From Pseudomonadota bacterium (GTDB lineage Bacteria > UBA10199 > 2-02-FULL-44-16 > JAAZCA01): a stretch of DNA of 15,627 nt. The position numbers and the translations under genes were made by a program. Positions within the stretch are counted from its first letter, which is position 1; each line of letters opens with the position of its first letter. Of this stretch, positions 1 to 7,476 are shown in pieces. The stretch is from positions 1 to 15,627 of the forward strand of contig JBDRBN010000144.1 in the NCBI GenBank assembly GCA_043822785.1. The letters are read 5' to 3'. The notes beneath the pieces are model-generated. The model saw only the letters and a program-made list of their open reading frames with translations, was not told the DNA's origin and searched no databases.

Positions 1-189
1 TGAGATATATAAAATCTTATTTTCCAATCTCCTTTGTCCGCATGGTTCAACGCTCATATCAGTGCTGATTCTCAAAATTGGAGCAGATGTCTTCTGATCA
101 ATTGGCTTTGTTTTGGGCGTGCACCCGATCAGCGCCATTAAAAAAACCATAAAAAAAACGATTTTTAAATAAAGCTTAATAGTAAGCAT
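1..189 (-). CDS. Putative lipoprotein, 5' part only (runs off the window start)
   Basis: Hand translation from ATG at 189 gives MLTIKLYLKIVFFMVFLMALIGC-TPKTKP..., open to base 1. It has a hydrophobic signal with lipobox LIGC and an AAAAGGGG SD just upstream. Not in the ORF track because it has no stop in the window. Confidence 0.7.
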   Translation of the reverse strand, partial: MLTIKLYLKIVFFMVFLMALIGCTPKTKPIDQKTSAPILRISTDMSVEPCGQRRLENKILYIS

Positions 190-269
190 AAACCCCTTTT
201 ATAATTGATATATTCTGATAGGCTAATAAAAATACCAAAGCAACTGCTTTCTTAAAAAAAGGATGTCTT

Positions 270-578
270 ATGATACTGGCTGATTTTTCAATGTTTCCGT
301 TGGGTAAGGGCGAGTCGGTTTCATCCTATGTTGCGCGCTCGCTTAGGATCATCGATGAGAGCGGGCTGGCTTACCGCATGGGCTCTATGGGTACTACACT
401 CGAAGGCGAGTGGGATGATGTGATGGCAGTTGTTAAGAAATGCTATGATGACATGCGCAAGGACTGCCATCGCATTGAATGCTCGATTAAGATCGACGCC
501 CGCGAAGGCGAGACAGGCCGCCTGGATGCAAAGATCGAGAGTGTGGAGGAGAAGGTAGGTAAAAAGCTACAAACTTAA
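270..578 (+). CDS. MTH1187/YkoF-family (DUF77) thiamine-binding protein
   Basis: Motifs FSMFPLG..ESVS.YVA, SGL.Y..GSMGTTLEGEWD.VM and IKID.R match the MTH1187 family; AAGGA SD; 102 aa. Confidence 0.88.
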   Translation: MILADFSMFPLGKGESVSSYVARSLRIIDESGLAYRMGSMGTTLEGEWDDVMAVVKKCYDDMRKDCHRIECSIKIDAREGETGRLDAKIESVEEKVGKKLQT

Positions 579-617
579 GCAAGCAACGCCAGCAAGGCGA
601 GACACGCAAGAAACGTA

Positions 618-653
618 TGTCATTGCGAGGAGCGCAGCAACGAAGCAATCTCC
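618..653. repeat. REP-like palindromic repeat, copy 1
   Basis: TGTCATTGCGAG-gagcgcagcaa-CGAAGCAATCTCC. The 5' and 3' blocks are identical to the copy at 901-930, and the ATTGC/GCAAT arms can pair. Confidence 0.75.
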
Positions 654-661
654 TAAGACAA

Positions 662-1426
662 ATGAAATCCCTAATTAAACAAAAAGCATTTGAAGCAGGT
701 TTTGCTGCATGTGGTATCACCACTGCCGATCCCGTAGACCAAGAGGCATATCTCAAAGGTGCCATCAGCGAAGGCCGTATTGGCTCGATGAACTGGCTTG
801 CGCGTAATCCAGAAAAACGCTGCGATCCAACTTCGCTCTTACCTGGTGCGCGATCGGTCATCTGTTGTGCGCTTCAGTATGGGGGAAGCGGGATAAGGGG
901 TGTCATTGCGAGCGAAGCGAAGCAATCTCCATTAACTCAAAAGAGCAAAGCACGCTTTGCCAGGGGGCAGGATTATCATGAGGTTGTTCGCGAAAAGCTC
1001 GAAGAACTTTGGAATAACATAAAACAACATGCACTAGAAGCGCGTGCAAAGTTCTGTGTGGATACAAGTCCCATTTTAGAGAAAGCGTTAGCTGCCAGGG
1101 CTGGCATCGGATGGATCGGAAAGCATACTATCCTGTTAAACGAAAAGATTGGTTCTTGGTTTGTACTGGGTGAGATCATAACAGATCTTGAGATAGAGTC
1201 TGATGAGCCGGCCAAAGACCTTTGTGCGGATTGCGACCTATGTATAAACGCATGTCCTACAAATGCATTAAAAGCTTCGCGCACGTTGGACGCGAATCTA
1301 TGCGTTTCTTATCTCACGATAGAGCACAAAGGCGAAGTACCTTCACACATGCGAAAGCATGTTTCACAAGACACCTACGGCTGCGACCTCTGCCAACAGG
1401 CTTGTCCGTATAATGTGAATAAATAA
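662..1426 (+). CDS. queG: tRNA epoxyqueuosine(34) reductase QueG, short form
   Basis: Motifs ARFARGQDYH, VDTSPILEKALAARAGIGWIGK, GSWFVLGEIITD, CxxCxxCxxxCP, CVSYLTIE and YGCDLCQQACPYN. The start is moved from 617 to ATG 662 because 617-653 is repeat sequence. Confidence 0.92.
   Translation: MKSLIKQKAFEAGFAACGITTADPVDQEAYLKGAISEGRIGSMNWLARNPEKRCDPTSLLPGARSVICCALQYGGSGIRGVIASEAKQSPLTQKSKARFARGQDYHEVVREKLEELWNNIKQHALEARAKFCVDTSPILEKALAARAGIGWIGKHTILLNEKIGSWFVLGEIITDLEIESDEPAKDLCADCDLCINACPTNALKASRTLDANLCVSYLTIEHKGEVPSHMRKHVSQDTYGCDLCQQACPYNVNK
901..930. repeat. REP-like palindromic repeat, copy 2, in frame inside queG
   Basis: TGTCATTGCGAG-cgaag-CGAAGCAATCTCC, translating as VIASEAKQSP within QueG. 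Confidence 0.78.
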
Positions 1427-1486
1427 ATTTATCAGCTGACAGCATCAGTTTCATGACCAAACATTAATAGATGCTTCAAAATACAA

Positions 1487-1552
1487 TTGAACAATAAGTC
1501 TAGTTGTGTATAATTGTCGGTAGATATTTAAAACTACCGACATAAATACACA
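1487..1552 (+). promoter_or_regulatory. Sigma70-type promoter and inverted-repeat operator of abiEi-abiEii
   Basis: TTGAAC (1487-1492), 16-bp spacer, TATAAT (1509-1514). Perfect inverted repeat TGTCGGTAG (1515-1523) / CTACCGACA (1534-1542), with outer arms TGTGTAT (1505-1511) / ATACACA (1546-1552). Confidence 0.75.
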
Positions 1553-1557
1553 TAACG

Positions 1558-2169
1558 ATGACTAAAAAGACCTCAAAAAAGAAGAAGAAAGTTCTCAACC
1601 TAGCTAAAAAAAAGGGTTTTCTTCGTGTACGTGACGTTAAAGCTGCTAAGCTCCATCCAGAGTATATTCGCCGACTCGTCAAGACAGGAAAGCTCATTCG
1701 CGAGGGAAGAGGGCTCTACCGCCTTAAGGAAGCAGATATTACCGAACACCACTCTCTTGCTGAAGTTGCAAAGCGTGTTCCGAATGGCGTTATCTGCCTT
1801 CTTTCAGCCCTTCGCTTTCATAACATTACAACACAGCTTCCGCATCAAGTTTGGATTGCGATAGATGTTAAGGCCAGAGTACCGAAATCAGATGAGCTTT
1901 CTATTCGAGTTTTTCGATTTTCAGGAGATGCTCTAAGAAAGGGAATTGAGGTGCATACAATCGAGGGAGTGAAAGTTTGCATTTATTCGCCAGCCAAGAC
2001 TGTCGCAGACTGTTTCAAGTTTAGAAATAAAATCGGTCTGGAGGTTGCGATCGAGGCTCTGCGAGAATGTTGGAGAGAGCGAAAGGCCACGATGGATGAT
2101 ATTTATAAATATGCAAAAATCTGTCGTGTTATGAATGTCATGCGGCCTTATATGGAATCACTGCAATGA
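1558..2169 (+). CDS. abiEi: Type IV TA antitoxin / transcriptional regulator AbiEi
   Basis: N-terminal wHTH-like segment (RLVKTGKLIREGRGLYRL), plus VICLLSALRFH.ITTQ.P and YSPAKTVADCFKFRNKIGLEVAIEAL. ATGA overlap with the next gene. Confidence 0.9.
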   Translation: MTKKTSKKKKKVLNLAKKKGFLRVRDVKAAKLHPEYIRRLVKTGKLIREGRGLYRLKEADITEHHSLAEVAKRVPNGVICLLSALRFHNITTQLPHQVWIAIDVKARVPKSDELSIRVFRFSGDALRKGIEVHTIEGVKVCIYSPAKTVADCFKFRNKIGLEVAIEALRECWRERKATMDDIYKYAKICRVMNVMRPYMESLQ

Positions 2170-3083
2170 ACAAAAAGGAAAGAAAGAATATCGCGGCTTC
2201 GGTAAGGCAGCGTCTGTTCAACAAGTCGAAAGAGCGCAAAGAAGATTTTCAATATATTCTCAACAGGTTCGCGCTTGAGAGATTGTTGTATCGGTTAAGC
2301 GTGTCCAACTATTCGGAACTGTTTGTGCTTAAGGGCGCATCGCTTTTCATAGTATGGGGCGGGTCAGCATATCGTCCGACAATGGATATAGATTTGCTTG
2401 GCATTGTTCCTGCCAATCCAGAAAACTTGAAGAAGGTCATTCAAGATATTATCAGCATATCAGAAAAGGATGATGGTCTAGCTTTTGATATAGATAGCGT
2501 ACATGCTGAAGAAATTCGTGAGAATAAACAATATGGCGGTGTGCGCGTCACCTTAGTTGCTTATCTTGATTCTGCGCGAATACCTCTTCAAGTTGATATT
2601 GGATTTGGCGACGCCATTACTCCATCTCCTGAAAAGGCAAAGTACCCTTCTATTTTGAACTTACCGTCTCCAGAGTTATCAATTTATCCAAAAGAAACCG
2701 TTGTTGCCGAAAAATTTGAGACAATGGTGGTGCTTGGCATGTTGAACAGTCGCATGCGCGATTTCTATGATCTCTGGTCTATCCAAAATATCTTTCCTTT
2801 TGACTCCAAAGTTCTTCAAGAAGCAATACGACACACTTTTTCCAGAAGGCGGACGTTTATTCCAGAAATGGATCCCGTGTCGCTGTCAGAAGCATTCTAT
2901 AAAGACCCTGTAAAACAAGCACAATGGAATGCATTTGTAAGCAAGGGCATATCGAATGATTCGGGAATAAAACTAGATTGTGTTATTCATGAGATACATG
3001 ATTTCATAATGCCGCTATGTTTAGCTCTTTCACAGGATCAGAGATTTGATTTGAAATGGCCTCCGGGCGGCCCTTGGAAATGA
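2166..3083 (+). CDS. abiEii: Type IV TA toxin, AbiEii/AbiGii-family nucleotidyltransferase
   Basis: Motifs SVRQRL, ERLLYRLS, FVLKGA, RPTMDIDL, QVDIGFGD, YPKETVVAEK and NSRMRDFYD; translationally coupled to abiEi. Confidence 0.92.
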   Translation: MNKKERKNIAASVRQRLFNKSKERKEDFQYILNRFALERLLYRLSVSNYSELFVLKGASLFIVWGGSAYRPTMDIDLLGIVPANPENLKKVIQDIISISEKDDGLAFDIDSVHAEEIRENKQYGGVRVTLVAYLDSARIPLQVDIGFGDAITPSPEKAKYPSILNLPSPELSIYPKETVVAEKFETMVVLGMLNSRMRDFYDLWSIQNIFPFDSKVLQEAIRHTFSRRRTFIPEMDPVSLSEAFYKDPVKQAQWNAFVSKGISNDSGIKLDCVIHEIHDFIMPLCLALSQDQRFDLKWPPGGPWK

Positions 3084-3089
3084 TTTTTT

Positions 3090-3111
3090 TAAAATGTGTC
3101 AGAAGTTTTTG
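3090..3111. repeat. Degenerate copy of the AAAAA(G)GTGTCGGAYGCTTTTG repeat
   Basis: TAAAATGTGTCAGAAGTTTTTG, with 4 mismatches in 21 bp versus 4228-4248; lies just after the abiEii stop. Confidence 0.4.
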
Positions 3112-3144
3112 TGTATTAATTTTTATTTGTAGTGGAGCAATGAG

Positions 3145-3636
3145 ATGAAGAATCTATGTACAGAAGATCTGATTAAAATACTCGATCTCAAGCCGCATCC
3201 TGAAGGCGGATACTTTAGGGAAAGCTATAGGGCAAAGGGAAAAGTCGAAGTAAACGAACTTAAGGGAAGTAGGAACTATTCAACTGCAATCTACTATCTG
3301 TTAGAGTCTAACGACAGGTCAAAATTACATCGTCTAGCATCTGATGAAGTGTGGCATTTTTATCTAGGCGATCCTCTTGTGATAGTGGAGATCGATGAGA
3401 CAGGAAGCGTGAAAGAGACTGTGCTAGGTGCGGACGTAGCAAGGGGTGAAATCCTTCAATATGTAGTAAAGGCAAAGAAATGGTTTGGCGCTTGTGTTGC
3501 GCCGGGCGGCTCATATGCGTTAGTCGGTTGCACAGTAGCTCCTGGATTTGACTTTGCCGATTTTGAAATAGGCGATCGAAGACAACTTCTTAAACAATTC
3601 CCTCAGGCAAGATTGATCATCGAAAAAGTCACATAA
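3145..3636 (+). CDS. Cupin-domain protein (DUF985 / Cupin_5)
   Basis: Motifs LDLKPHPEGGYFRE, STAIYYLL, LHRL.SDEVWHFY.G and LVGCTVAPGFDFADFE. Confidence 0.92.
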   Translation: MKNLCTEDLIKILDLKPHPEGGYFRESYRAKGKVEVNELKGSRNYSTAIYYLLESNDRSKLHRLASDEVWHFYLGDPLVIVEIDETGSVKETVLGADVARGEILQYVVKAKKWFGACVAPGGSYALVGCTVAPGFDFADFEIGDRRQLLKQFPQARLIIEKVT

Positions 3637-3670
3637 CTAACGTAAAGCTGAGTAAAATAATAATATAAAC

Positions 3671-4198
3671 ATGACTTCAAGTATAAAAATACGTGATGCG
3701 ACGACAGATGAGCTTGGGGTTGTGGAAGAGCTGGTGATGGAGGCGTGTAAGGAGTTTAGGCCTTTGTTGCCAGAAGATTTGTGGAACGATTGGATGGAGA
3801 GTATTCACGAAACGATCTCATCAGAGCATGGTACTATAATAGTTGCTGAAATAAACGGAAACATAGAGGGCGCAGTTCAATTCTATGCAGATGCTAGAAA
3901 AATCAAGTTTAGCACTGCATCAAAGGGCTGGTCTTCTATAAGAATACTAAGCGTTCGGCCAAATGGCCGCGAAAAGGGCTTGGGAGAGCTTTTGATCAAA
4001 GAATGCATTGAGCGCGCAAGAAAGATTAAAAGTTCTGCAATCTATCTATATACAGCAGAATTCATGGGTGCAGCACGGCATATATATGAAAAAATGGGAT
4101 TTAAGCCGATCAAATACAACACCAAACGATGTTTCTCTCACGAAGGCCGCCCGCCAATTGTCTATCACCTGGATCTTAACCTAAGTAAGACGGAGTAA
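3671..4198 (+). CDS. GNAT-family N-acetyltransferase
   Basis: IRDAT at the N-terminus, acetyl-CoA motif LSVRPNGREKGLGELL, and AARHIYEKMGF. Confidence 0.88.
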   Translation: MTSSIKIRDATTDELGVVEELVMEACKEFRPLLPEDLWNDWMESIHETISSEHGTIIVAEINGNIEGAVQFYADARKIKFSTASKGWSSIRILSVRPNGREKGLGELLIKECIERARKIKSSAIYLYTAEFMGAARHIYEKMGFKPIKYNTKRCFSHEGRPPIVYHLDLNLSKTE

Positions 4199-4214
4199 AA
4201 TCAGACGGAGTAAG
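4183..4214. repeat. 32-bp direct repeat, copy 1 (internal tandem AGACGGAGTAA x2)
   Basis: AAGTAAGACGGAGTAAAATCAGACGGAGTAAG, identical to 15397-15428; it supplies the GNAT stop codon. Confidence 0.9.
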
Positions 4215-4225
4215 ATGGGTCCCGC

Positions 4226-4248
4226 TAAAAAAGTGTCGGATGCTTTTG
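4226..4248. repeat. Short imperfect palindromic intergenic repeat (GTGTCGGA core)
   Basis: TAAAAAAGTGTCGGATGCTTTTG, 21/23 identical to 6364-6386. Confidence 0.75.
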
Positions 4249-4272
4249 GGATTCAGCGTATCTCCACATGTG

Positions 4273-5517
4273 TTATCCAGGAAACGACAAGAAATCCTTT
4301 GGTTCGACGCCTCTTACTTTTTTCAATTCAGCTATTAGAGCTGCATTAATCATTGTGTGAATTTCTTCCGTGTTGGCATTAGGATAATCTTGAATGAATC
4401 GTTCTGCAGAAGCGTAGGCAGCCCAGAGTATAGAGCTAGTCCAGTTATCAAATGATTTCCCATGGTCGGATATGTCCAAACCGAGAATGACACACCCACC
4501 CAAAGCATGAATTCCTTTAGGATAGCTATTTGGTTTTTGAGCATATAATGTAGTCTCTGACTCGATTGCGCTTTTTTCGATGGCATGGAGGATAGGGACC
4601 ACCTGGTTATCACAAGGCAGATAGATGCAAAAAACATTATGTTCTTGGCCGATAATCTTGCGTTCTCCTTCAAGAGTCGTTGTTTTATCTCGAACCCAGG
4701 CTTCTGAGTAGACTTTACTATTGAATATCGAAAGGTTTTCCGTTTCGAGAAGTTCGTAAAATCTGTCAACAAAACCTCTAATTGTTCTAAAATCAGGGTT
4801 AACGTAAATTTTTCTGAAAAAAGAGAAGTGGTTAGCGGATTTCATTGTCCCTCGAAAAAAAACATTACCCCGTCCGTCGTTCCATCCGTCGCAATACCGG
4901 TATTTTTTTTCTAGTTCATCAAGAACCTTTATAATAGCATCCATTTCTGTCTCTGACAGGGGCGGTTCTAAGTCTACCATTGTGTTATCTAGTTCCCATA
5001 AAGGAAGACGAGGGGGCGAGCGTCTCCTTATAATAGAAGGCTTTATTCCCGCTGCTTTGTCAGCAGCTCTGCTTGCCAATTCAGACCGTGCAGCTTTTTC
5101 AGCGATAATCGCTAGCTGATGGGTCCAGCGATGAAAAATTGCTTCATTATAACGATTCAGATAATCACTAAAACTCATCTTCGAAGTCAATTCGAAGCTG
5201 GGTACCCCTTCAGTTTTCGCCTTTGAACAAAAGGCTTGAGCTGTCTCACACAAAAAGGTGTGTGTTCGTGCATTAGGCCTACGAATACCGTAGACAGTTG
5301 CCTGTGTATAAGAATCGCCAGTAGTAGAGATACACGAACTTGATGGTGCAAAAGAAGACGTTGGCAATATATATGCCCCAGGATTTGCTATGCATGGATT
5401 TAGTTTAAACGTCACAACTCCTTTATCGCAGCTTTCTCTTAAAAGTTGCTCGGAAATTTTCGGATGTCGCCGCTCAGTAGAAATGCGACAAAATCTCTCA
5501 ATAGAATTGCATGTCAC
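4273..5517 (-). CDS. Hypothetical orphan protein; start may be GTG at 5415
   Basis: 414-codon open frame filling the gap between GNAT and the TA pair. AAAGGAG lies immediately before an in-frame GTG at 5415, though the spacing is short. No family confidently recognised. Confidence 0.7.
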   Translation of the reverse strand: MTCNSIERFCRISTERRHPKISEQLLRESCDKGVVTFKLNPCIANPGAYILPTSSFAPSSSCISTTGDSYTQATVYGIRRPNARTHTFLCETAQAFCSKAKTEGVPSFELTSKMSFSDYLNRYNEAIFHRWTHQLAIIAEKAARSELASRAADKAAGIKPSIIRRRSPPRLPLWELDNTMVDLEPPLSETEMDAIIKVLDELEKKYRYCDGWNDGRGNVFFRGTMKSANHFSFFRKIYVNPDFRTIRGFVDRFYELLETENLSIFNSKVYSEAWVRDKTTTLEGERKIIGQEHNVFCIYLPCDNQVVPILHAIEKSAIESETTLYAQKPNSYPKGIHALGGCVILGLDISDHGKSFDNWTSSILWAAYASAERFIQDYPNANTEEIHTMINAALIAELKKVRGVEPKDFLSFPG

Positions 5518-5671
5518 GGAGCAAAACTATTTAACTCATTATTATAACAGCGTTTTTTAATTAGATAGACAGAGTAAGAAAACCGTAGGTCACCTCTAGG
5601 GGTGAAATTTGGAAACTCTATGATATGCTTTGATAATATTCGTTTTTGGTGTTTTTTTGAAATATCTAGCA

Positions 5672-5734
5672 ACATTTATGGTTACAATGACGATAACAAT
5701 AATGTAGACAATATTGTATACAATATTGTATGCT
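5672..5734 (+). promoter_or_regulatory. Operator array and promoter of the type II TA operon
   Basis: Perfect 22-bp palindrome ACAATATTGTATACAATATTGT (5708-5729). ACAAT-like units recur every 12 bp from 5672. Possible -35 TAGACA (5705-5710) and -10 TATGCT (5729-5734). Confidence 0.7.
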
Positions 5735-5756
5735 TAAATTGTTAAGGGGTGAACCA

Positions 5757-6005
5757 ATGCAAAGCACAACAGTAAGAATCGATAAAGAATCACAAAAGAT
5801 CCTCAGGGAAATTGCCCAAAAAGAAAATGAGTCCAACCAGGCAATTTTACATAAGGCTTTGGAGAGCTATTATCGGCATATATTTCTCAAGAGGTGTAGC
5901 GATGCATATTCAGCACTTAAAACAGATGATAAAGCTTGGAAAGAGGAATTGGCTGAACGGGAGGCTTGGGATACTGCAATCGATGATGGAGTGGAAGAGG
6001 ATTGA
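5757..6005 (+). CDS. Type II TA antitoxin (RHH/CopG-like N-terminus, acidic C-terminus)
   Basis: STTVRID beta-strand followed by two helices; acidic tail EREAWDTAIDDGVEED typical of PemK-partner antitoxins; SD AGGGGTG before ATG 5757; overlaps the toxin start. Confidence 0.8.
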   Translation: MQSTTVRIDKESQKILREIAQKENESNQAILHKALESYYRHIFLKRCSDAYSALKTDDKAWKEELAEREAWDTAIDDGVEED

Positions 6006-6355
6006 CTACGATGCTTGATATTTATCGGCAAGAGATATGGTTGGTGAACTTAAATCCTCCAGGTAAGGGCAGAGAGATTCACAAGAAGAGGCCTGCGCTT
6101 GTGGTTTCAGTTGATGACTTTAATAATTGTCCAGCCGAGCTAGTCATGATTCTTCCAATTACTACAACAGAGCTAAAGATTCCTGCGCATATTAGAGTTA
6201 AAGCGGATGAAGGGGGACTAACAAAAAAAAGCTTCATTAAATGCGATCAAATACGAACGATTTCAAAAGAGCGGTTAGTAAAAAAGTTAGGCTGCATTTC
6301 AGATATAACCATGTCTAAAGTTGAAAGCACCCTCCGTATATTGCTCGACTTATAA
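6002..6355 (+). CDS. mazF: PemK/MazF-family endoribonuclease toxin
   Basis: Motifs EIWLVNLNP..G.E..K.RPALVVS...N, ILPITT and CDQIRTISKERL; alternative start ATG 6011. Confidence 0.92.
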   Translation: MTTMLDIYRQEIWLVNLNPPGKGREIHKKRPALVVSVDDFNNCPAELVMILPITTTELKIPAHIRVKADEGGLTKKSFIKCDQIRTISKERLVKKLGCISDITMSKVESTLRILLDL

Positions 6356-6363
6356 AAAACCAA

Positions 6364-6386
6364 TAAAAAGGTGTCGGACGCTTTTG
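6364..6386. repeat. Short imperfect palindromic intergenic repeat (GTGTCGGA core)
   Basis: TAAAAAGGTGTCGGACGCTTTTG, directly after the mazF stop. Confidence 0.75.
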
Positions 6387-6414
6387 TAGCTGCAACTTGT
6401 TGTTTTATTGACGA

Positions 6415-6435
6415 TAAAAAGTGTCGGACCCCTTT
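6415..6435. repeat. Short imperfect palindromic intergenic repeat (GTGTCGGA core)
   Basis: TAAAAAGTGTCGGACCCCTTT, the third clear copy. Confidence 0.7.
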
Positions 6436-6512
6436 AGGGAGCAGATGATAGGACATATATTTACTTTTTTAAGAAATATTCATAGGTATACGAATAAATT
6501 AAGGGTTAAAAC

Positions 6513-7337
6513 ATGGGTAGAAAGGTAAAATTAAAATATCCCGACGATTTTAAAGATAAAATCATCTGCGGTGATTGTATAGATGTATTAAGAAAAATAC
6601 CTAAGAATTCTATTGGGCTAGCTGTCACATCACCTCCTTATAATCTAAAAAATTCTACAGGTAATGGGATGAAAGATGGAAGGGGTGGGAAGTGGGCAAA
6701 CGCTGCTCTCCTTAATGGATACTCTGACCATCATGACTGCATGCCACATAATGAATACGTAGAGTGGCAGCGCGAATGTATATCCGAAGTTATGCGCGTT
6801 CTTAAAGATGATGGCGCTTTCTTTTACAATCATAAGTGGAGGGTTCAGGCAGGAGTATTACAAGATAGACACGACATTGTTAAAGGATTTCCAGTAAGAC
6901 AGATTATTATATGGAAAAGAAAGGGTGGTATAAACTTTAATCGTGGCTACTATTTACCAACGTATGAAGTGATTTATCTAATTGCAAAAAAGAAGTTCAA
7001 ATTAGCACCTAAATCAAATGCATATGGAGATGTTTGGGAGTTTACGCAGGAGCTAAAAAACTTACATCCAGCGCCATTTCCGATCGCTTTGATAGAACGA
7101 ATCATATCATCTACAAATGCGGATATAATTTTAGATCCGTTTATAGGATCTGGCACAACTGCAATAGCTGCAAAATCACTTAATCGACACTATGTTGGTA
7201 TAGATATTTCTAAAGAATACTGCAAAATGGCGAAGGACAGGATTAAACATTTTCTAAAACATAATAGTGACCATATTTCCGCAGATTATTCTTCCTCGAA
7301 TGTTGCAAGCCCACAGAAAAATCTTTTCGAAATTTAA
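6513..7337 (+). CDS. Site-specific DNA amino-methyltransferase, beta class (probably N4-cytosine)
   Basis: Catalytic motif IV TSPPYN precedes HPAPFP and SAM-binding motif I ILDPFIGSGTT (beta order). It sits directly upstream of an MvaI/BcnI-type endonuclease. Confidence 0.92.
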   Translation: MGRKVKLKYPDDFKDKIICGDCIDVLRKIPKNSIGLAVTSPPYNLKNSTGNGMKDGRGGKWANAALLNGYSDHHDCMPHNEYVEWQRECISEVMRVLKDDGAFFYNHKWRVQAGVLQDRHDIVKGFPVRQIIIWKRKGGINFNRGYYLPTYEVIYLIAKKKFKLAPKSNAYGDVWEFTQELKNLHPAPFPIALIERIISSTNADIILDPFIGSGTTAIAAKSLNRHYVGIDISKEYCKMAKDRIKHFLKHNSDHISADYSSSNVASPQKNLFEI

Positions 7338-7476
7338 AGAGGCCTAGATGCCAAGAATTTATTCGAAGGAATCTTTGATCGAGAAGCTGCAAGAAATAAG
7401 GCAAATGGGCTGGATAAAAAATGAGTGGCCAGGTAATACAGGTGGTATAGGAAATACCTTAGAAGATCTTTTGGGG

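Noticed and set aside
617..661. Extended QueG N-terminus MSLRGAQQRSNL
   Set aside because: It is a translation of the REP-like repeat; QueG-like sequence begins at ATG 662.
487..1864. Alternative-frame and antisense ORFs over queG and abiEi
   Set aside because: They overlap well-supported genes and show no motifs. The same applies to similar short ORFs elsewhere in the track.
3090..6435. CRISPR array or integron cassette array interpretation of the repeats
   Set aside because: No regular repeat-spacer periodicity, no cas or intI gene, and I found no RYYYAAC...GTTRRRY attC structures.
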